NCBI GenBank assembly: GCA_034520965.1
Contig: JAXHMY010000005.1
Coordinates: 1-64,000 of the forward strand
Origin: Spirochaetia bacterium
GTDB taxonomy: Bacteria > Spirochaetota > Spirochaetia > DSM-16054 > Sediminispirochaetaceae
Length of the DNA: 64,000 nucleotides
Reading direction: 5' to 3'
Part shown: piece by piece, positions 9,312 to 18,465 of the stretch
Layout of the letters: every line of letters begins with the position of its first letter
Position numbering within the stretch: position 1 is the first letter of the stretch
The notes under the pieces: model-generated
What the model saw: the letters and a program-made list of their open reading frames with translations, nothing else
Databases searched by the model: none
Told to the model about the DNA's origin: nothing
Translations under genes and position numbers: made by a program

Positions 9312-11573
9312 ATGAGAAAACACTCTATTGTGATGATACTCATCACACTTATTATCCCGATAGTTCTTTGTGGACCTCTCTGGGCGCAGGATCATTCTGG
9401 GACACCCCGCCCCTCGGTCGCCCTGGTTCTTGAAGGAGGTGGTGCGCTCGGCTTTGCACACATAGGAGTCATAAAGGTAATCGAAGAGCTGGGCATCCCC
9501 ATCGACCTGGTAGTAGGGACGAGTATGGGAGCCACTGTAGGCGGTTTTTATGCTTTAGGCTACGACTCCGCGCGGCTGGAAGAAATTTCTCTGAGTATCG
9601 ACTGGGACGATATTTTCTCGGAAAAGGTCACTTTTATCGATGAACGGTACCTGGATAGAATCGACCAATCCAGGTATTTTGCACGCATAGAATTTGATAG
9701 CCACGGATTCAAGGTTCCCAGCAGTCTGCTTACCGGCCGGAAGATGCTCTACTATCTTGACCGATTGACCCTGGGAGTCTCCTCTCCCACCGATTTCGAT
9801 TCGTTACCGCGACGATTCCGCGCTGTTGCGACGGATCTTGCTACGGGTGAACGGGTCGTTATCGATCATGGATCGCTATCCGACGCTATGCGGGCCAGCA
9901 TGGGCATCCCCGGTATTCTTGCTCCTTACCGTATAGGCGACAAATATCTCGTTGATGGAGCTATCGTCGATAATCTTCCTGTCAGTGTCGCAAGAGAACT
10001 CGGTGCCGACCTCATCATTGCGGTCAACCTTGTTAGAAAACTTCCTTTTGAACCGGAATCCCTGAATCGAAATCCTCTGGAAACAATGTCCCGTTCCATA
10101 GATATCATGATTCGTTCCAATGTACAGCGTCAATTGCTTGATGCCGATCTTGCTGTCAAGGTTGATGTAAGAGCTTATGATATCGGTGATTATCAAAAAG
10201 CATTGGAAATTATCGCGTTAGGCAAAAAGGCGGCGGAGGAATTGCACGAAGAATTTGATAACCTCAAAACAAAACTCGGCGAACCTCCGGACTACACCGC
10301 TGATATACACCGGAAAGACCAGACTCCGATCCTGAAGGTGAATATAAAAGGGGCCGACAAAAAAGATCGTGATAGAGCCCATGCATTATTTGCACCCTTT
10401 GTGGGAAAAATACTTGTTGCCTCGGATCTGAAAGAAGCAGTGGAAGTTCTTGAAGCCAGGGGAAGCTATGAATACATACGTCTACGACGGACAACAGAAG
10501 AATCTGTTCCCACGTTAACGGTAACACTGCAGAAACGGAAAGCCCCTGGTCATTCAATTCGTCTGGGAATTGATTATAATTCCACCTACTCAAGCTCAAA
10601 CCTTAGTAACGCAGGTATTTCATTTAGTCTGGTATTCCGCAGTCTAATAACAGAAAATTCTAGATTAACCATCAACGCAAAAATAATGGATTCTACGGCC
10701 TTTGAGCTTATTATGTTGCAGCCCTTTGGAGTAAACCTTTTTGCCGAAGGGTTTTTCATGGCGCGTCAAGAAACTGATGCTTTTTATAATAATTCCTCCA
10801 CTATTTCTCTCCAGCAGACAGAGATCATTGAGATGGGTATCAACCTGGGAGCCAACCCGGTCCACTGGGCGGAGCTCGCAGCGGGCGTCCGTTACCAGTT
10901 GGCACAGGCTTCTATGGAACCTATTGTACCCGCAGGAGATGCTAGGGAATCAGTCTTTATCGGGAATATTTTCTTTTCGTCCTATCAACTGGATTCGCCT
11001 ATATTTCCCACCGCAGGGTTTTCAATCTTGTCCAGTTATGATCAATCATTGACTCAGTCCGGTTCCTCCTCTATTTTTCGCATCCTGAATCTCGAAGGCC
11101 TTTTCATTCCGGACTTCAACATTCCACTCTCCTTCACGCTGTGGACTAAGGCGGGAACCGATTTCAGCGAATATGCCGATGCAGCAGGAGCGGCGCCGCT
11201 CTACCACAAGCCAAATCTCTATGATCGACAATTTTTTCCTGGGCCCCTTGGAGTAAGGGAGCGTATCGGAAGTCACATCGCGAGCGTTGGGGCTGAGATA
11301 AAGTATCAGCTGAAAGGAGCTTCATGGGCGACCGGGTTCCCTTTCTTTTTATTGTTGCAGGCATCGCAGGGAACCGTACTGCAGGATGTAAAAGACATCG
11401 AGCGGCCATTCGACTTCACTCATTGGACTGGGACTGTTGGGTTAGGCGGTCGCCTCAACGATGGGTTTGGGGCATTATTCCGTGTCGGAGGTACCTACGG
11501 GTTTGATGAAGAGCTCCACCTTTTTATCGCCTTTGATATGGGCTCTCTGGGTAATCGAAAAAACTCTCGCTAG
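9312..11573 (+). CDS. Secreted patatin-like phospholipase with probable C-terminal beta-barrel (PlpD-like)
   Basis: Signal peptide; LEGGGALGFAHIG, GTSMG, DGAI motifs; C-terminal alternating beta-strand pattern. Confidence 0.88.
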   Translation: MRKHSIVMILITLIIPIVLCGPLWAQDHSGTPRPSVALVLEGGGALGFAHIGVIKVIEELGIPIDLVVGTSMGATVGGFYALGYDSARLEEISLSIDWDDIFSEKVTFIDERYLDRIDQSRYFARIEFDSHGFKVPSSLLTGRKMLYYLDRLTLGVSSPTDFDSLPRRFRAVATDLATGERVVIDHGSLSDAMRASMGIPGILAPYRIGDKYLVDGAIVDNLPVSVARELGADLIIAVNLVRKLPFEPESLNRNPLETMSRSIDIMIRSNVQRQLLDADLAVKVDVRAYDIGDYQKALEIIALGKKAAEELHEEFDNLKTKLGEPPDYTADIHRKDQTPILKVNIKGADKKDRDRAHALFAPFVGKILVASDLKEAVEVLEARGSYEYIRLRRTTEESVPTLTVTLQKRKAPGHSIRLGIDYNSTYSSSNLSNAGISFSLVFRSLITENSRLTINAKIMDSTAFELIMLQPFGVNLFAEGFFMARQETDAFYNNSSTISLQQTEIIEMGINLGANPVHWAELAAGVRYQLAQASMEPIVPAGDARESVFIGNIFFSSYQLDSPIFPTAGFSILSSYDQSLTQSGSSSIFRILNLEGLFIPDFNIPLSFTLWTKAGTDFSEYADAAGAAPLYHKPNLYDRQFFPGPLGVRERIGSHIASVGAEIKYQLKGASWATGFPFFLLLQASQGTVLQDVKDIERPFDFTHWTGTVGLGGRLNDGFGALFRVGGTYGFDEELHLFIAFDMGSLGNRKNSR

Positions 11574-11597
11574 CCTCGGCCGCAGCAGTGCTTTCCT

Positions 11598-12719
11598 TCA
11601 GCTTCTGTTTATAACAGTTTCTCTTTTTAACAGATAGGTGCTGATCAAGAAAAACAGCCCTGCATACATTGAATTTATAATTATTGATATCATAAACGCA
11701 CTTGGACTGCCACTTCCATAGAGAATTGAACGAATTACAAATGAGGCATTGGCAATAGGTATCGTCAAAAAAATAGGATCAATCAAGTAGGGATCGCCGG
11801 CGATCAGGCCGCTGGATAAGGCTGAGGCCAGGACGATAACCGGTAGCGTGAGTATGGTCCCTTCCTTGATGGATTTTGCGTACAAGCCTATCGACATGCC
11901 GACGGCTGAAAACAGCAGCACACAAAACAGCATAATTATCCCCATCAAAGCAATGGATGCCGGGCTGGAAATTTCCAGCAGCGACACTCCTCCCGTAATC
12001 TTTGGGAAAAACCATGAACTTAGCATCAGCCCGCCCAGCAGAGCGGCAACTGCGGTAATACCTACTACGGAGGCGGCAAGTGTTTTGCCCATGATGATGG
12101 CCCTTCGAGAAATATTGGAGCTTAAAAGTGTCTCTATTGTTGAACGCTCCTTCTCTCCGGCACTCATATCAATCACGCTTGACATAGTCGTGGAAGCGGA
12201 AAAGACCATCAGGAAGACTGGAAGAATGATCGACAGAGTGAGGAGGGAGCTGTTTTTCTGTTCGCTTCTCACCGGGATGCTTTGAACCGACAGTGCATCT
12301 TCGCGGGGTTCGGAAGCGGAAAAATACGATCGGAGCAAGGAATTAATACGTACATACGTGAACTCGGAGATTCTTCTGGCGGGATCATAATATAGTGTAA
12401 ACCCTTTGTATTCGTCTCCTTCTTGTATAAACTCTATCCCCAGTTCGGCGTTGCCGTCCCTGATTGTCTCTGTGGGTGCGTTCGATTGAATAAACTGAAT
12501 GCCGTTGATGGATTCGCGAATGAGATTCTGGAGTTGAACTGCTTCTTTCTCAATAATTATTCTCACCTTTGAGCCCACATCTCCTTTTGATGGTTCCAGG
12601 GTCATGAAGAACAGCAGCAAGGGAACGATAACAGCCGGCATAAGCAGCGCTGCGATAATCATTCTCCTGTCACGAACCTGATCAAGCAGCTCTTTTTTTA
12701 GAATAATAAGTAGTTTCAT
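11598..12719 (-). CDS. ABC-2 permease, NatB-like
   Basis: KKELLDQVRDRR start; AGEKERSTIETLLS motif; multiple TM helices. Confidence 0.85.
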   Translation of the reverse strand: MKLLIILKKELLDQVRDRRMIIAALLMPAVIVPLLLFFMTLEPSKGDVGSKVRIIIEKEAVQLQNLIRESINGIQFIQSNAPTETIRDGNAELGIEFIQEGDEYKGFTLYYDPARRISEFTYVRINSLLRSYFSASEPREDALSVQSIPVRSEQKNSSLLTLSIILPVFLMVFSASTTMSSVIDMSAGEKERSTIETLLSSNISRRAIIMGKTLAASVVGITAVAALLGGLMLSSWFFPKITGGVSLLEISSPASIALMGIIMLFCVLLFSAVGMSIGLYAKSIKEGTILTLPVIVLASALSSGLIAGDPYLIDPIFLTIPIANASFVIRSILYGSGSPSAFMISIIINSMYAGLFFLISTYLLKRETVINRS

Positions 12720-13430
12720 TTAGTCTCTCAAATAGGATGTTATATCTTTTCCTCTGCCGGACTGAAATAGTTCGACAGGGGAATCACAAACGATCTGCCC
12801 GGCATGGAGAATAATTACTCTGTCTGCACAGCTTAAGATTTCGTCAAGAGAGTGACTTGAGAACAAGACCGTTTTTCCGCTCTTTTTAAGCCGCGAAATA
12901 ATTGCCTTCACAGAATCTTTTGCAATAATGTCCAGCCCTGAAGAGGGCTCATCGAGGATGATAAACTCCGGATCCGTAATCAAAGTTCTTGCTATTGCAG
13001 TGCGCTGTTTCATCCCCCGTGAGAAGGTTGATACCCTGTCATCTATATAATGGGAAAGTGAAAGTTCTTCGATAAGCAGCTTGAGGTCTGGTTCATATTT
13101 TGCCTTGGGTATACCGTTTAGACGGGCATGATAGATGATATTCTCTCTGGCACTCAAACGATCGTACAGAGAACTTTCTCCGGAAAACAAAGTACCGGTT
13201 CTGTTTTTCATGTACCCCGGATCTTCATGGAAGCTCACCGTATCAAGCGAGATTGAACCTGCATCGGGTCGCAGAATCTGCGAGAGAATCCTGACTAAAG
13301 TACTTTTTCCGGCGCCGTTTTCTCCTACAAGTGCTACAACTTCGCCCTTTTTTACGGAAAATGATATATCCGCCAGAACCATCTCTTTTTTCGCTGGAAA
13401 GCTTTTACAGACCCCGCACAACTCGAGCAT
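12720..13430 (-). CDS. ABC transporter ATP-binding protein, NatA-like
   Basis: GENGAGKST, FSRGMKQR, ILDEP, SSH. Confidence 0.92.
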   Translation of the reverse strand: MLELCGVCKSFPAKKEMVLADISFSVKKGEVVALVGENGAGKSTLVRILSQILRPDAGSISLDTVSFHEDPGYMKNRTGTLFSGESSLYDRLSARENIIYHARLNGIPKAKYEPDLKLLIEELSLSHYIDDRVSTFSRGMKQRTAIARTLITDPEFIILDEPSSGLDIIAKDSVKAIISRLKKSGKTVLFSSHSLDEILSCADRVIILHAGQIVCDSPVELFQSGRGKDITSYLRD

Positions 13431-13627
13431 ACAAAATATCCTTACCACGCTTCTTACATAACTGTAATAAAAGTATCAAATCATCCAGTCTCAGTCTGTG
13501 CGATATCATAGCATAGCCGATTCTTTACAGACAACGATAATCCTTTGAAAATCCTATATTATAGTGAAAATATGAGCTTTGTGAAGCAAGCAATTCCCAC
13601 TGAAGCGGGAGACCCAAAAAAAACAGG

Positions 13628-14194
13628 TTAGAACGTTACTGTGGTCTTGGTGGCTTTGTTGTGAATTGTGTCAAAATCGTCGGTGTCGCCGTAGGCCAGA
13701 ATAAGGTCCAACTCCTCCCCAGGGGTGAGAGGCTGGTCGTACTCGTCGCCGGAGTCGAGGGGAATGGTGAAGGTGAGAGAGGTTGTTCCTTCGCTTTCCG
13801 TGCCGTGGAAGTCTGCGACATCGTCGCTTCCCCCCATATTGAGGTCTGAATCGTGGGAAGTATAGTAATTTCCGAAGTCGTCTCTGACAGCCGCCTCTCC
13901 ATTCTCCACATAGCCGATGATGAGGTTTGCGTCCTGCATCATCCGGGTTGGATTGAATCCCACCGCTACCCATCCGGTGGTGGGCGCCTCGAGGGTAAAG
14001 GTGGCCTTGTCGCCCTCGATGTCCCAGTTCAAGTTGATGCCCTCGGCACTGACAGAAGTGGAATTTTGGGGCTGTTCTGAAGTCGAATTTTGCTCGCTTG
14101 AGGTGTCCTCGCCGCAGGCGGTTAAAGTGAGAATGCCGATGAGAACAGCGGCGGTAATGGCGATCCGACGGGACGGTTTGAGTGTGTGTTGCAT
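13628..14194 (-). CDS. DOMON-domain lipoprotein
   Basis: Lipobox LTAC; TTGWVAVGFNP..MMQDANLIIGYV and a C-terminal His. Confidence 0.85.
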   Translation of the reverse strand: MQHTLKPSRRIAITAAVLIGILTLTACGEDTSSEQNSTSEQPQNSTSVSAEGINLNWDIEGDKATFTLEAPTTGWVAVGFNPTRMMQDANLIIGYVENGEAAVRDDFGNYYTSHDSDLNMGGSDDVADFHGTESEGTTSLTFTIPLDSGDEYDQPLTPGEELDLILAYGDTDDFDTIHNKATKTTVTF

Positions 14195-14205
14195 ACAGTA
14201 CTCCT

Positions 14206-14460
14206 TTAGAATGGTTCTTCGATATTTTGAAGTGCCGTGAGGAGGAGTTCGTACTCCTCACGGCATTCGCCACAACGCGAGAGGTGATCCTGCACCAGCG
14301 CCTGAGCTTCGGTCGGTTCCTTTCCCATGAGTATTCTTTCGGTAAAGGCGTCGAGCTCCTCAAGGCATACGTCGCAATCGATCTCCTCTTCACGGGTGCT
14401 GTAGATTACGCCGAGAATCATTTGTAAGACCGGTCGGTTGAGCCTCTGTTTACGTATCAT
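14206..14460 (-). CDS. Soluble zinc-finger (zf-HC2-like) putative anti-sigma factor
   Basis: CDVC...HLSRCGEC (HxxxCxxC); follows the ECF sigma gene. Confidence 0.8.
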   Translation of the reverse strand: MIRKQRLNRPVLQMILGVIYSTREEEIDCDVCLEELDAFTERILMGKEPTEAQALVQDHLSRCGECREEYELLLTALQNIEEPF

Positions 14461-14496
14461 CCTTCTATATTTCACTCCTTCTCTCTATATATAATG

Positions 14497-14523
14497 GACG
14501 CACATATCGAAGAAATTGTACTT
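14497..14523 (-). promoter_or_regulatory. Candidate ECF promoter AAGTA-N15-GTGCGTC
   Basis: Matches the site at 15255-15282; CGTC -10 core is typical of ECF promoters. Confidence 0.5.
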
Positions 14524-14538
14524 GTTTCACGTAGAAGT

Positions 14539-15186
14539 TCAATCGAAGAGCTCCTTTGTTTCTTCTGCGCCCATCCCCCTCTTTTCCAAGGCCGCTTTTA
14601 AGCGCAGGCGGGAATCGTGCAGAAGCTTATAAACCGCCCCGCGGGTGGAGTTTAACTCCTCTGCAATGCGGGAGGGCGGAACCCCGTAGAGGAAGCGGGC
14701 GGTGACCGCCTTTCGCTGTAGGTCGGTTAAATCTTCTCTGATTACTTGATTGAGATGTTCGATCAGGGAGTGCTTTAATGCTCGCTTTTCGGGCTGTTCA
14801 AAGGGTCTATTGCTCCGGCGAGCGGAAAAGAGTGCTTCGGGATACTCGAGTGTATCGAGGGAGAGCTCTTGCCAGTGTTTCCGGCGCAGTTCGCTGATAG
14901 TATGGTTTATGGCGATTTTCAAAGCCCATGTGGTGAATTTGGAGGAGCCTCGGAAGGATCCGAGGTTATGTAGGATTTTCTGTTCCGACTCCTGGGAAAA
15001 ATCCTGTATATCTTCGTGGGAGAGGTTCTTGTTGTCTCCGAATGCGGCGGTTAAGCCCTTCTGCAGGTAGGAATATAGTTCTTCCAGTGCCGCGTTACAA
15101 TCCGGAGGGGCAGAGCGAAGTTCTGCGGTCCATTGGGCGTTAGTGCGGGATACTGCTTCAATGTGGGACTCTTTTGTACCGTCCAT
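14539..15186 (-). CDS. ECF-type RNA polymerase sigma factor
   Basis: Region 2 SFRGSSKFTTWALKIAIN; region 4 LTDLQRKA...STRGAVYKLLHDSRLRLK. Confidence 0.9.
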   Translation of the reverse strand: MDGTKESHIEAVSRTNAQWTAELRSAPPDCNAALEELYSYLQKGLTAAFGDNKNLSHEDIQDFSQESEQKILHNLGSFRGSSKFTTWALKIAINHTISELRRKHWQELSLDTLEYPEALFSARRSNRPFEQPEKRALKHSLIEHLNQVIREDLTDLQRKAVTARFLYGVPPSRIAEELNSTRGAVYKLLHDSRLRLKAALEKRGMGAEETKELFD

Positions 15187-15254
15187 CGATATAAAGTATA
15201 GTGGGTGGAAAGGGAATACACAATAAAATACTATCAAAATAAATATTACTAAAT

Positions 15255-15282
15255 AAGTAAGATAAAGCCTTCACAGTGCGTC
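15255..15282 (+). promoter_or_regulatory. Candidate ECF promoter AAGTA-N16-GTGCGTC
   Basis: Matches the site at 14497-14523; directly upstream of the RBS of 15306. Confidence 0.5.
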
Positions 15283-15305
15283 AAAGATGGTGAAGGAGGC
15301 TACAT

Positions 15306-16094
15306 ATGAAATTAATAATAACTGTACTTACAGTGTTGTTTATGGCGATCATGCCCGTCGCTCTATTTGCTGGGGGAGAACAGGAGATCCAAGAAAAAGA
15401 GGTGAAAAGCGAGTCATCGACTGAAAGCGAAGCCGGTGACGAGAGCTCGTATAAAAGTTACGAGGGCGACCACGCTTCGCAGTGGAAACTCAAGGCGAGC
15501 GAACTGCTCATCATCGGAGGATACGGCGACAACTTTGCCTATGACGGAGAGAATGTACGACCCGCAGAGGGGAATGCCACGGTCGACGTGAATGCAGATA
15601 AAAACACCGGCACCATGGAGGCCGTCTTTAACGGCACAATCACTCCTGAAAAGGACATCACCTACAGTGGAGAGATCCGTATGGTCTATACGCAATTTTC
15701 CGGCGCCGGATCGGCGTTCAAGGAGGGGGGTATAGCCGATTACGTCTATCTCCATGGCGACACCGGGCAGGAAGCGCCGGTGATGCCGATGGTGAAAACA
15801 GATCTCGCATCATGGGGCCCGGTGGATATCTATGTGGACGGAGAGAAAGTGTATGAGAACCTGGTAGGTCATACTATGCTTACCGAGGCGGCCCGTGATC
15901 AGGAGAACTACGCCATCTACGATGAAAGCGGCGAAGGCTACTACAGTCCGAAGGAGCCGGGAGACTTCTCTATTGCTCATCCCGACCGGAAAACGCTCCA
16001 CTTTGTAGCTCATACCACCGAACAGGACGGCGAAAATTTTCCGCCCCATACTGTCTGGCTGCACTTGAACTTTCAACAGGTCGAAGAGTTTTAA
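15306..16094 (+). CDS. Exported acidic hypothetical protein
   Basis: AAGGAGG RBS; signal ending ALFAGGEQE; several His/Met residues. Confidence 0.8.
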   Translation: MKLIITVLTVLFMAIMPVALFAGGEQEIQEKEVKSESSTESEAGDESSYKSYEGDHASQWKLKASELLIIGGYGDNFAYDGENVRPAEGNATVDVNADKNTGTMEAVFNGTITPEKDITYSGEIRMVYTQFSGAGSAFKEGGIADYVYLHGDTGQEAPVMPMVKTDLASWGPVDIYVDGEKVYENLVGHTMLTEAARDQENYAIYDESGEGYYSPKEPGDFSIAHPDRKTLHFVAHTTEQDGENFPPHTVWLHLNFQQVEEF

Positions 16095-16390
16095 GCAATT
16101 CGTCCTGACTTTTCAGCAGGGGACTGTCTTCGGACAGTTCTCTGTTGTTTTTGTTTATTTGTTTGCCTTTCACTTTGTGTGCGGGCGGAAAACAAGGGGT
16201 GCCCGACGATTTCGTTTACCCACACATTAAGCTCTTCCACCATTGGTCCATAACCGTATCGAACTGATTCAACAATCCCAACTTTATTAATCGGGTGTAG
16301 TTTAGGCGTTGAAGGATGAGACTTGCGACGTCGCAAGTTTTTTGGACCGGCTATGCACATAGTCCCGAGTGTTGCACTGCTTTGGACCTG

Positions 16391-16544
16391 GATGGGGGAG
16401 GTTATATAAACTACGGATATATGGGGTTAGGCAGGCGGGCCACACGGATGGTAGCGGATGGGAAAAAGATTAGGAGCTTGGAGAAATTTTTAAATTTTTT
16501 TTTTCTACATCCGTGTCCATCTATGTATATCCGTAGTTAAATTT
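16391..16544. repeat. MITE-like palindromic repeat, copy A
   Basis: First 36 bp identical to 17916-17951; internal IR AACTACGGATATA (16409-16421)/TATATCCGTAGTT (16526-16538). Confidence 0.75.
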
Positions 16545-16549
16545 CTTAC

Positions 16550-17788
16550 TTAATTTTTCTGATTAGCGGACTCTTTTTTTATAAAGAATCCCACTCCGCT
16601 AATAAGAGTAAATAGAACCATCAGGATCCAGCTGTATTCATAGCTGCCGGTTATATCGGCCACAAAACCGAATACAGGTGGTGACAGGGTGATCCCCAGG
16701 CGAACAAAGACCAATGCGAGGCCGGCGGACATCCCGGTATTACCGCGATCGGCGTCTCTGGAGACTGCTGCAAAAAATACGCCCGGCCATCCTCGGGTAG
16801 AAAAGCCGGCAATAAATGTCGCTGCCAGGACAATCCCAACTGCAGGAATCTCTGTAAATCTATAGAAGAGTACAAACAAGGCAAACACTAGGGTATTCAT
16901 TAAGTTAATCAGTAAAAACCCAACATCTTCCCGACCTTTCAGGAACCTGTCATTGATCAAACCCCACCCAGGCCGTCCGAGTACACTGCCTGCATTGAGG
17001 AATGCAAAACCGATACCGCTAAATACCATGCTGTACCCATAGTCTAAATGAACAAATAGAGTGTAATGCGCGGCAAGGGTGCCGCTTACGGAACCTAATA
17101 CGAAAGCTCTTAGACAGAGGAGGTGGAGTTTCTTATTTTCAAGGAGCAGCCTAAATCCTTCTTTTAACTGGAACTTCTCGGCCGATTGTTCGGCAGCCGG
17201 ATCGACTTCTGTTCGTTCTTTAAAGTAAATCTGAAATACCGTGATGGTAATTAACATGTAGCCGCCCATCACAACGGTGGCCGAACGCCAGCCGAAATAT
17301 TGTGCCACTACCGGCAGAAAGGCACTTCCTGCGAGTCCGCCGATAGACCACCCCATAAACAATATTCCCATGGCTGTTCCCCGACGGGAGGGAGAAAACA
17401 GGTCTGTTACGCCTTTTGTCGCTCCGGGGCTAACGATACTAAAGCCAATGCCGCACAGGGCGGCTAATACAAGTATTATGTTGAAGCTTGGAGCGAATAT
17501 GTGGGCAAAGATCAAAATTGTCAGACTGCCCATCCCGATAAGGATGCCCTTTTTAGCTCCTAATCGATCGGCAATCCAACCGGCAAAGATGGCTAAGGCC
17601 GCCGATACGAGGTACAGAAAGGAAATATACAGCCCCATCACGGTACGGCTAAGCCCGAATTCGGCGTGTATAAAGGGAAACATTGCGGGAAAACCGTTTC
17701 GGTATACTCCGGCCGCCACGGTAAGAGACATAAGCAGGAGAAGCGACATGGTTTTACCGGTGTGTTTTGGGGCTTTTTGGAATCCCAT
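16550..17788 (-). CDS. MFS transporter
   Basis: Motif A GWIADRLGAK and repeat GLINDRFL; about 12 TM helices. Confidence 0.92.
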   Translation of the reverse strand: MGFQKAPKHTGKTMSLLLLMSLTVAAGVYRNGFPAMFPFIHAEFGLSRTVMGLYISFLYLVSAALAIFAGWIADRLGAKKGILIGMGSLTILIFAHIFAPSFNIILVLAALCGIGFSIVSPGATKGVTDLFSPSRRGTAMGILFMGWSIGGLAGSAFLPVVAQYFGWRSATVVMGGYMLITITVFQIYFKERTEVDPAAEQSAEKFQLKEGFRLLLENKKLHLLCLRAFVLGSVSGTLAAHYTLFVHLDYGYSMVFSGIGFAFLNAGSVLGRPGWGLINDRFLKGREDVGFLLINLMNTLVFALFVLFYRFTEIPAVGIVLAATFIAGFSTRGWPGVFFAAVSRDADRGNTGMSAGLALVFVRLGITLSPPVFGFVADITGSYEYSWILMVLFTLISGVGFFIKKESANQKN

Positions 17789-17915
17789 AAATCGCCTTTA
17801 GTCTAACATTGCCCAGAATTTATAAGGAAGTAGCGGTATCTTGGTTTTAATGCAAGCTCCGCCGCACACTCAGATTTTACGACTTTTACCTAAATCTATC
17901 AACCTAAATGATATA

Positions 17916-18066
17916 GATGGGGGAGGTTATATAAACTACGGATATATGGGGTGTACGCAAGGGGGTAACACGGATGGTCGCGGATGGGAAAAAATAGAAT
18001 TTGGGGAAAATTTAAATTTCATTTTTTAGTATCCGTGTTCATCTGTGCAAATCCGGAGTTAAATTT
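17916..18066. repeat. MITE-like palindromic repeat, copy B
   Basis: Direct, diverged copy of 16391-16544 with CACGGAT/ATCCGTG arms. Confidence 0.75.
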
Positions 18067-18082
18067 AGTTCTTATCCGTGGT

Positions 18083-18201
18083 CCGGGGCTGGTCACGCGC
18101 TTCGCTTGTTTGCCCGTGCAACCGGGGCTGGTCACGCGCTTCGCTTGTTGCTCGCCCATGCAACCGGGGCTGGTCACGCGCTTCGCTTGTTGCTCGCCCG
18201 T
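18083..18201. repeat. Three tandem 39-42 bp REP-like units
   Basis: CCGGGGCTGGTCACGCGCTTCGCTTGTT starts at 18083, 18122 and 18164. Confidence 0.85.
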
Positions 18202-18294
18202 ATGTTGACCCGGGTTCTGAAAGGGTTTACTATTTTTCTCAGTTACATAATGTGATGACAACCTCAACAAAATGAATGCAGAAAAGGACTACCG

Positions 18295-18441
18295 ATGGCT
18301 ATCAAAAAATCTGAACTCTACTCGAGCCTCTGGGCCAGCTGTGATGAACTACGGGGCGGGATGGACGTCAGTCAATATAAAGATTATGTATTGGCACTTT
18401 TTCCCGAGAACTTTTTACGGTTGGCTTTTCCCGCAAGTTAA
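18295..18441 (+). pseudogene. hsdM: Type I restriction-modification M subunit, N-terminal fragment
   Basis: MAIKKSELYSSLWASCDELRGGMDVSQYKDYVL, then diverges and stops after 48 codons. Confidence 0.8.
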
Positions 18442-18465
18442 AAAGCTTCTATAAATAATAAATCA

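Noticed and set aside
18083..18201. Possible CRISPR array
   Set aside because: Units are contiguous with near-identical 11-14 bp tails, there are no unique spacers, and no cas genes.
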